The notes below the pieces were generated by a model. That model made no database searches. It was given only the letters and a program-made list of their open reading frames with translations, and was not told the DNA's origin. A stretch of DNA of 64,000 nucleotides from Hyalangium minutum (lineage in GTDB: Bacteria > Myxococcota > Myxococcia > Myxococcales > Myxococcaceae). The translations under genes were made by a program, and so were the position numbers. The stretch spans positions 62,001 to 126,000 of the forward strand of contig NZ_JMCB01000013.1 of assembly GCF_000737315.1 (NCBI RefSeq), written 5' to 3'. Below, piece after piece: positions 57,367 through 64,000 of this stretch. Each line of letters starts with the position of its first letter. Within the stretch, counting starts at the first letter, position 1.

Positions 57367-59430
57367 CTACTCAGCCGCGCACTGCTCGATGGGACGAGGG
57401 CACGCACCCTCGGGCCCCGGGAAGCAGCACACGTCGTCCACATCGCGCGGGATGACAATCCACCGCGGCCGGGCGGCGCTCACCTGGCGCAGGTGGCCGG
57501 TGACGTTGAAGGTGGCCTCGCGCAGCAGGCGGCACTGCTTGGCCTTGTCCGTGTCCGCGTCCGCCGGGTTGCAGTCCACCTGCAGATCCGGGATCGCGTC
57601 CCGGGTGACGACGTTGATGCGGGTGCGGCTGTTGAGCGCCACGTGGCACTCGCCCCGGCCCTGGAGGTCGCCATCCGCGATGAAGGCCACGTACTGCTCG
57701 GAGCCCGTCATCGTGCGCTCGGTGCGGGCGTTGGGGGCCAGCGGGAAGTCGTCGATGGTGGCCGTCACGCTCGCGTTGCCGAACTTCATGCGCACCGGCG
57801 TGTCGCACCACACGCGCACCTGAGAGGGGCCGTTGATGCCCGCGCTGATGGCCGTCGTCGTCCGCACGGAGGCGGTGGTGCTCACCTTGATGACCTGCGT
57901 CCGCTTGTCGAGCGTGCTGTCCAGCCCGGCCACGCGCGGGCCGGGGCCCGACAGCTCCACCACGAACTGGTTGAAGGCGTTGTACGTGGAGCGCTCGGAG
58001 CACACCTTGCCGGCGAACTCGCCCAGGCCCACCGTGCAGTCGATGTTGCACTGGCGCTCGGGGACGTCCGGGTCGCCCGGAGTATCCTCGGCGCAGGCGC
58101 GGTACGACGTGCCGCCCGAGCCCGGGCAGAAGAAGGGCACCGTGCCGTTGCCGTTAGCGTCGCAGTTCTTGAAGACCTCGGGGAACTTCACCCGGCGCAG
58201 CTTCACCAGCGCGGACTCCAGGCTCTCCATCTTCATGTTGCCGTAGGCGTAGCCGCACAGCGAGTCGGTGATGTACGGGTTGACCGCGTTGTCCAGGCCG
58301 CAGAAGCGCAGGTTGATCTCCGGCACCGGCACCTGCTTCAGGTACTTCTCCCACTCGGTGGGCGGCAGCTCGCGCACCCTCTCGCGGATCACCCACGCGG
58401 GGAAGGTGAGCTGCGTGGTGGCCGCGAAGTCCTGCACCGAGCCGGAGATCGTCCACAGCAGATCGCCCGGGTACAGGCCCTCGGGGAACGAGTAGTTGTA
58501 GATGTAGATGGAGCCGTAGGTCCCCGGCAGGAAGCCGTCCGGCTCGGGGGTGCGGACGTTGGAGCCCGCGCCGGTGAACTCGCGCACGCGGCATGCCGTC
58601 ATGTCCGTGACGAAGAAGCCGCCGGGATCCAGGCCCGTCACCACCATGGTCATCAGCTTGCCGTCATTGGGATCCTTCTTCGACGGATCCCGCGCGTCGT
58701 AGCCGGGAGGGCAGCTCTGGACGAGCGGCGAGCCGGACTCCGGCTTACGGCCCACCGTGAGGAACTGGCCGGCGAACGGCGAGTTCCGGTTGTTGCCCGG
58801 ATCCTCCGGCTCCTGGATCTTCCCGAGCGTGGGCTCCTCGAAGGCGATGGGCGCCGTCAGGCCGGTGGCGTAGCTGTACGGACCGCTGTTGGGCGGCGGC
58901 AGCAGGCTGGGATCTCCGGCCACGCCACCGTCGAAGAAGTCCACCTGGGGCGGCTCGTGCTGCACCCACGCGCGGACGTCTCCATAGAGGTGCGACACGC
59001 GGACGGTGCCGGTGCCCACGCCGTCGGTGAGCATCGTCCACCGGCGATCATAGGTACCGGTGAGATCGCCCGGGGTGACGCGGAAGGAGACAGGGCCCGT
59101 GAAGGTGTTGAGCGGCTCGCCCTTGCTGTTGAGCGCGGTGATGGCCAGCTCGAGGTCCACCGGGCCCTTGGGGATGGAGTAGGGGCAGCTGGCCGTGCCC
59201 TTCTCCGCCGCGGGGACGGCGTTTGGGTTGTTGTCGTAGCGCGCCAGGCAGGAGCCCACCAGCGTCAGCGCCGACGAGGCCCCCGTGGTCTTGTCGATGG
59301 CCTTCAGGCTCTTCACGTCCACCTTGAAGGAGCTGAGGCCCGACGGGTTGGTGTTCTCCGCGGAGATGTTGCCGTCCGCGGAGTAGCAGCCTGCGGCCCC
59401 CAGGGCCGCTACAAGGAGCCAGCGTTTCAT
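57367..59430 (-). CDS. Lipoprotein with nuclease-associated OB-fold-like domain
   Basis: MKRWLLVAALGAAGC lipobox; VVTGLDPGGFFVTD..SIYIYNY..PGDLLWTISGSVQDF..TQL resembles YhcR-type OB folds; several paired Cys. Confidence 0.65.
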   Translation of the reverse strand: MKRWLLVAALGAAGCYSADGNISAENTNPSGLSSFKVDVKSLKAIDKTTGASSALTLVGSCLARYDNNPNAVPAAEKGTASCPYSIPKGPVDLELAITALNSKGEPLNTFTGPVSFRVTPGDLTGTYDRRWTMLTDGVGTGTVRVSHLYGDVRAWVQHEPPQVDFFDGGVAGDPSLLPPPNSGPYSYATGLTAPIAFEEPTLGKIQEPEDPGNNRNSPFAGQFLTVGRKPESGSPLVQSCPPGYDARDPSKKDPNDGKLMTMVVTGLDPGGFFVTDMTACRVREFTGAGSNVRTPEPDGFLPGTYGSIYIYNYSFPEGLYPGDLLWTISGSVQDFAATTQLTFPAWVIRERVRELPPTEWEKYLKQVPVPEINLRFCGLDNAVNPYITDSLCGYAYGNMKMESLESALVKLRRVKFPEVFKNCDANGNGTVPFFCPGSGGTSYRACAEDTPGDPDVPERQCNIDCTVGLGEFAGKVCSERSTYNAFNQFVVELSGPGPRVAGLDSTLDKRTQVIKVSTTASVRTTTAISAGINGPSQVRVWCDTPVRMKFGNASVTATIDDFPLAPNARTERTMTGSEQYVAFIADGDLQGRGECHVALNSRTRINVVTRDAIPDLQVDCNPADADTDKAKQCRLLREATFNVTGHLRQVSAARPRWIVIPRDVDDVCCFPGPEGACPRPIEQCAAE

Positions 59431-61790
59431 CACTTGACCCTCCGCCCGATGCGCGCATCCTCGACCGCGTTCGCGATCGGCATGGCCGCTGGGTTCTGAC
59501 AGTAGCTGCGAAGCTGCGGCGTGATCGTGCCGCAGGTGGGGTTGGTGCCCGCCAGCGCATCCCGGCAGCTGCAGCGGCCGGTGTACGGGCCCGTCGGGAC
59601 GTTGCAGGTGCTCGCCAGCTGTTCGGCGGTGACACCACAGGAGTCCGCGGCGTCCGCTTTGCCCAGCGTCTGCAGGCAGGTGCAGCTGCCCACCTGCGTG
59701 TTCAGCGCGTTCTTGAACTCCTGGGCCGTCTTGCAGAAGCCCTTCGTCTGCTCGTCCACCACCCACTGGCCGTTGATCAGCGTGCCGCAGCGCTCACCCG
59801 TCTTGGACGTCTCTCGGCCCTCGTTGATGTCCTCGCAGGTGCAGAAGCCCTGCATGTAGCCGATGAGCGAGTCGCGCAGGGAGATGCCCGTCTCGATGCG
59901 GGTGGTGTTGCGCTTGAGCACCCGGAAGCCCGAGCCACCCTTGGCGATGTAGTCGTTGGTGGCGATGCGGTAGGTGCCGTTGGGATCCAGCGGCTTGCCG
60001 TTGATCTGGACGCCGGTGGCGGGGTGCGCCCAGCAGCGCGAGCCGTCCAGGTCCTCCAGGCACTGCCACGGGGCGTGGCCCTCTCGGCCATCCTTGGGGC
60101 AGTACTTCTCCACGCCGCCGTCGTTGGGATCGCAGGCGATGCGCAGATCATTGAGCTGCACCTGGGCGCAGTCCATGGTGAAGCGCGCGCCGGAGATCTG
60201 CGCCTGGCTGACGCAGCCGCGCTCGGCGGAGCGCTCGGCCACGAAGTCGAACATCTCCTGCATCTCCACGCCGGACAGGTACATGATGTTGATCGTGTTC
60301 TCGAAGGGGAACACGTTGAACATGGCCTCCTGCGTCACCACGCCCGCGTAGAGGTTGTCGCGGATGCCCAGCGAGTTGGTGATGGCCATCTCCGCCTCCA
60401 CGCGGCGGCGCTTGCGCATGGAGTCCGCCGCGATGTTGCCCAGCGGCGAGTCTCCACCGGTGGAGTTGTTGCGGCGGGCCACGTCCCGGGGCGCGTAGGA
60501 GAAGATGGACGTCAGCTGCAGGCTGGAGTCCATGGCGAGGATGTACTTCTGCAGCAGATCCGTGGTGCGCCGATCCTCCTGCTCACGGCACGCCTCGATG
60601 GCCGCGCGCACGTTGGGCTGGATGGCGAACTGACCCGGATCCCAGAAGTTCTGCGCGTAGTAGGCGCGCATGGCGTCGTCACACCAGAGCGAGTCCAGCG
60701 GGAAGGCGCGGTAGTCGTGGCTGACGAGCTCGGCGCCGTCCACGCTGTCCTCCGAGGGCACCTTCACCACCATGTCCAGGCGGCCCACGTACTTGGCGAA
60801 CGCGCCGGAGTGCACCAGGAGCACCTTGCGGCCGCTCGGGTCCGTGATGTTCTGCGGCGGGTTGAGCACCACGTGCAGGTGGCCGCCGAGGATCACGTCG
60901 ATGCCGGACACGCCGGGGATCTGCACGCGCACCACGGACTTGGGGTTGCCCTCCTCGCCGGACCACTCGAGGATCTTCCACGGGTTGTTCTCACGGTCGA
61001 TGAAGGGCTTGGCGCGCTCATACTCGTAGTAGGCCTCGTAGCCGAGCACCACCTGCTGGTCCTCGGTGAGGCCCAGGTGGCTGACGATGACGATGAGATC
61101 CGTCACCGGGCGCAGCAGGTCCACGTAGGCGCGCGCCGCCTCGTTCTGCTCCAGCGGGGTGGTCTGCAGGGAGTTGCCGCCCTCCACGATCGAGTTGAGC
61201 GAGGAGAGGTTGGCCATGCCGATGATGCCCACCCGCAGGCCCTTCACCATGCGGATGGTGTACGGAGCGGACACCTGGGCGGCACCGTTGTTACTCTCGG
61301 TGTCAGTGGGCACGTCCCAGTAGTAGTTGGCCGCCAGCAGCGGGAAGGTGGCGAAGTCCCGAGCCTTCTGCACGAAGTTTTGCGCGCCCGCGTCGAACTC
61401 GTGGTTGCCGATCACCGCGGCGTCCAGCCGCAGGTTCGACAGGAAGCGGAACTCCACCTCCCCCAGGTTCTGGTTGAAGATGGGAGCGCCCTGAAAGCAG
61501 TCGCCCGAGTCCAGGTGCAGCACGCGATCGCCCCGGTTGCGCTCGCGCTTGACGACCGCGGCAATGCGCGTGGCGCCTCCGAACGGGCCGGCCTCGGGGA
61601 TCAGCCCCAGGTCCGTGTCCGTCTTGAGCGGCGCGAAGTCATACGGGATGAGCCGCGAGTGGATGTCCGCAGTATGAAGGAGGGTGAGGCGGACTTCCTG
61701 TCCGGCGAGGTTGTACTCCTCGCCATCCAGAACTGGCATGCACGAGGCGAAGACCAGAGCGCAGAGGGGGCCGATCAGGGCACGACTCAT
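59430..61790 (-). CDS. Bifunctional metallophosphatase/5'-nucleotidase lipoprotein with Cys-rich C-terminus
   Basis: Lipobox FASC; HTADIHS, DSGDCFQG, GNHEFD, GGHLH, NSLGIR, FPFEN, YRIATNDYIAKGGSGF; TGATG overlap with next gene. Confidence 0.9.
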   Translation of the reverse strand: MSRALIGPLCALVFASCMPVLDGEEYNLAGQEVRLTLLHTADIHSRLIPYDFAPLKTDTDLGLIPEAGPFGGATRIAAVVKRERNRGDRVLHLDSGDCFQGAPIFNQNLGEVEFRFLSNLRLDAAVIGNHEFDAGAQNFVQKARDFATFPLLAANYYWDVPTDTESNNGAAQVSAPYTIRMVKGLRVGIIGMANLSSLNSIVEGGNSLQTTPLEQNEAARAYVDLLRPVTDLIVIVSHLGLTEDQQVVLGYEAYYEYERAKPFIDRENNPWKILEWSGEEGNPKSVVRVQIPGVSGIDVILGGHLHVVLNPPQNITDPSGRKVLLVHSGAFAKYVGRLDMVVKVPSEDSVDGAELVSHDYRAFPLDSLWCDDAMRAYYAQNFWDPGQFAIQPNVRAAIEACREQEDRRTTDLLQKYILAMDSSLQLTSIFSYAPRDVARRNNSTGGDSPLGNIAADSMRKRRRVEAEMAITNSLGIRDNLYAGVVTQEAMFNVFPFENTINIMYLSGVEMQEMFDFVAERSAERGCVSQAQISGARFTMDCAQVQLNDLRIACDPNDGGVEKYCPKDGREGHAPWQCLEDLDGSRCWAHPATGVQINGKPLDPNGTYRIATNDYIAKGGSGFRVLKRNTTRIETGISLRDSLIGYMQGFCTCEDINEGRETSKTGERCGTLINGQWVVDEQTKGFCKTAQEFKNALNTQVGSCTCLQTLGKADAADSCGVTAEQLASTCNVPTGPYTGRCSCRDALAGTNPTCGTITPQLRSYCQNPAAMPIANAVEDARIGRRVK

Positions 61791-61910
61791 CAGGTGGTTC
61801 CGGGGGGCTTGCGTGAAGGGGACTCAGCGGGAGACGCCGCAAGGTACGAGATCAGGGAATCACGGGCAAGCGACCCGGGAGCCCCGAAATAATCCACCAG
61901 GGAGGCAGGC

Positions 61911-62582
61911 ATGTCGGGCAAGCAGACAACCGTGACGGATATCGAGATCATCGAGGATTTCTCGGCTACCGCCCGCTGTGACGAGGGGTTCTTGAGGCTC
62001 CGGAGGCTCCGGTGCCAGAACCGGCGGGAGGATGGATCCGTCTCGCCGGTGTATCGGGTGGACGTGGTGGATAGGCCCCGGCTGGACGCCGTGGCGGTGC
62101 TCGTCTACCGCCGCAGTGCGTCGGGCCTCGAGGTGCTCACCCGGAAGAACCTCCGGCCCGCCGCGTACTTCCGCAAGGGCAAGGAGATGGTGGTGCCGGA
62201 TCCGGTGAGCTACCTGCTCGTGGAGGAGCTCGTCGCCGGCGTCATGGAACTGGAGGACAAGGGCGAGGAGGGGGTGCGGCGCCGGGCGGTGGAGGAGGTG
62301 CGCGAGGAGGCCGGCTATGAGGTGAAGCCCGAGGAGATCCGCTTGCTCGGTGGGGGCTTCTTCGTGGCGCCGGGCATCCTGTCGGAGAAGGTGTTCCCCA
62401 CGGCGGTGGACGTGACGGGCAAGGAGGCCCATGAGCCGGAAGGGGATGGCTCTCCTTTAGAGGAGGGGACGCGGCTGCAGTGGCGCCCGCTGCCCGAGGT
62501 GCTCGCCGCTTGCCGCCGGGGGGAGGTGCCGGATGCGAAGCTGGAGATCTCCATCACCCGCCTGCTGGCCGAGCAGCCATAG
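61911..62582 (+). CDS. NUDIX hydrolase (ADP-ribose pyrophosphatase-like)
   Basis: ELVAGVME..AVEEVREEAGY Nudix box, FVAPGILSE, DAKLEI. Confidence 0.85.
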   Translation: MSGKQTTVTDIEIIEDFSATARCDEGFLRLRRLRCQNRREDGSVSPVYRVDVVDRPRLDAVAVLVYRRSASGLEVLTRKNLRPAAYFRKGKEMVVPDPVSYLLVEELVAGVMELEDKGEEGVRRRAVEEVREEAGYEVKPEEIRLLGGGFFVAPGILSEKVFPTAVDVTGKEAHEPEGDGSPLEEGTRLQWRPLPEVLAACRRGEVPDAKLEISITRLLAEQP

Positions 62583-62665
62583 CTCACCGCCCGGGTTGGC
62601 CGCCAGGATGGGACCGGATAGGGTGCGCGAGCCGTTTCCGTTCCGCTCCGCCGAGGTCCTTCCGC

Positions 62666-64000
62666 ATGTCGTCGATGCCCGCGTGGCTGCAACAGTTGTT
62701 GCCGATCTTGATCCTGCTGGCAGCGATCTCCCTGGTGATCGCGCGCCTGCCCAAGGTCGAGCTCGGGCACACGGAGGCCTTCAAGCGCCGCCGCTTCCTC
62801 AACTGGTTCCCGCTGGGCATGACGTACGCGTTCCTCTACATGGGGCGCTACAACCTCAACGAGGCCACCAGCGCGCTGGGCAGCCGCACCTCGAACGCGG
62901 ACTTCGGCACCATCTTCGCCTGGGGCACGATCGTCTACGGCGTGGCGTTCTTGCTCAACGGCCCGCTGACGGACAGGTGGGGCGGGCGCCGGACGATCTT
63001 GATCTCGGCGGCGGGCTCCTCGGTGTGCAACGTGCTGATGGGCCTCGTGGTGCACGCCGTGCTGACGCAGGACTGGCAGCCTCCCGGCGGGCTGGTGGGG
63101 ACGCTGTCCGTGCTCTACGCGGTGAACATGTACTTCCAGAGCTTTGGCGCGGTCTCCATCGTCAAGGTGAACGCGGCGTGGTTCCACCTGCGCGAGCGCG
63201 GGACGCTGGGAGGCGTGTTCGGCATCCTCATCTCGCTGGGCGTCTACTTCGCCTATGACTGGAGCCGGATGATCACCCGTGCGGCTCCGACGTACTGGGT
63301 GTTCTTCATCCCCGCGGCCATCCTCGCCGCCTTCGTGGTGCTGGACTTCTTCATCATCCGCGACACGCCGAGCGATACGGGCCACCCGGACTTCGACACC
63401 GCGGATGCGTCCTCGGGAGAGACGGGCCCCCGGCTCGGGGCATTCGAGGTGCTGGGCAAGATGCTCCGCAACCCCGTCATCATCGTCATCCTGCTGATCG
63501 AGTTCTGCAGCGGCTACATGCGCAACGCCATCATGCAGTGGTACCCCAAGCTGGCGAAGGGCATCGGCATGGGCGACAGCTTCGTCGCGTCCAACTGGGG
63601 CATGCTGCTGTGCGTGGCCGGCATCACCGGAGGCATGTTCGCCGGCATCATCTCCGACAAGATCTTCGACTCTCGGCGCGGGCCCGTATCGGCGGTGCTC
63701 TATGGTGGGATGACGCTGGGCGCCGTGGCCACGCTCTTCCTGCTGAACACCCCGCTGCTGGGGTGGACGGTCATCTTCATGTCGCTGTGCGTCATCGGCG
63801 TGCACGGCATGCTGTCGGGTACCGCCAGCATGGACTTCGGCGGCAAGAAGAACGCGGGAGTGGCGGTGGGCATCATCGACGGCGCCGTCTACGCGGGCAC
63901 CGCCTTCCAGTCCGTGCTGCTCGGCAGGCTGTTGCCCTCGGGCGCGGCCGCCAAGGACATCAACAACTGGAGCAACTGGCCCATCGCCCTGGTGCCGCTG
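62666..64000 (+). CDS. MFS transporter, GlpT/UhpT (organophosphate:Pi antiporter)-like, 3' end outside window
   Basis: Read by hand from ATG 62666: FLYMGRYN, NGPLTDRWGGRR, YFQSFG, WFHLRERG, ISDKIFDSRRGP, DFGGKKNAGVAVGIIDG; no stop before the window end. Confidence 0.85.
   Translation, partial: MSSMPAWLQQLLPILILLAAISLVIARLPKVELGHTEAFKRRRFLNWFPLGMTYAFLYMGRYNLNEATSALGSRTSNADFGTIFAWGTIVYGVAFLLNGPLTDRWGGRRTILISAAGSSVCNVLMGLVVHAVLTQDWQPPGGLVGTLSVLYAVNMYFQSFGAVSIVKVNAAWFHLRERGTLGGVFGILISLGVYFAYDWSRMITRAAPTYWVFFIPAAILAAFVVLDFFIIRDTPSDTGHPDFDTADASSGETGPRLGAFEVLGKMLRNPVIIVILLIEFCSGYMRNAIMQWYPKLAKGIGMGDSFVASNWGMLLCVAGITGGMFAGIISDKIFDSRRGPVSAVLYGGMTLGAVATLFLLNTPLLGWTVIFMSLCVIGVHGMLSGTASMDFGGKKNAGVAVGIIDGAVYAGTAFQSVLLGRLLPSGAAAKDINNWSNWPIALVPL

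Overview
GC-rich myxobacterial chromosome segment (Cystobacterineae-like; from memory it resembles the Myxococcus xanthus cdnL-cysS-uvrBC-mreCD/pbp2/rodA-hemACD region, not verified by alignment). The core genes are: a cdnL/CarD 3' end, cysS, uvrB, uvrC, yggS, maf, a PpiD-like chaperone, mreC-mreD-mrdA-rodA, mgtE, trxA, ccsA-hemA-hemC and hemD. Several accessory blocks are interspersed. (1) A kinase-ATPase-TPR giant. (2) A porin/imelysin/di-heme iron-uptake operon with a Fur-like box. (3) A DUF3108-DUF4091-DUF3108 exported trio. (4) An orphan BBE-type FAD oxidase. (5) A ~6.7 kb island splitting hemC from hemD. It encodes a frameshifted small lipoprotein, a Cys-rich protein, a DUF2381-type secreted protein coupled to a membrane Ser/Thr kinase whose C-terminus carries an internal lipobox and a VirB10/TrbI-like motif, a pseudokinase and a DUF4261-like protein. 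This is the best candidate for an undescribed system: a T4SS-core-like VirB9/VirB10 pair fused to kinase signalling or toxicity. (6) A matrixin-like MYXO-CTERM protease coupled to a lone GspE ATPase. (7) An orphan RiPP-type B12/radical SAM enzyme. (8) A 5'-nucleotidase / OB-fold lipoprotein / outer-membrane barrel operon divergent from NUDIX and GlpT-type MFS genes. No rRNA, tRNA, CRISPR array, integrase or transposase was recognised. All family assignments come from reading motifs by eye; no searches were run.
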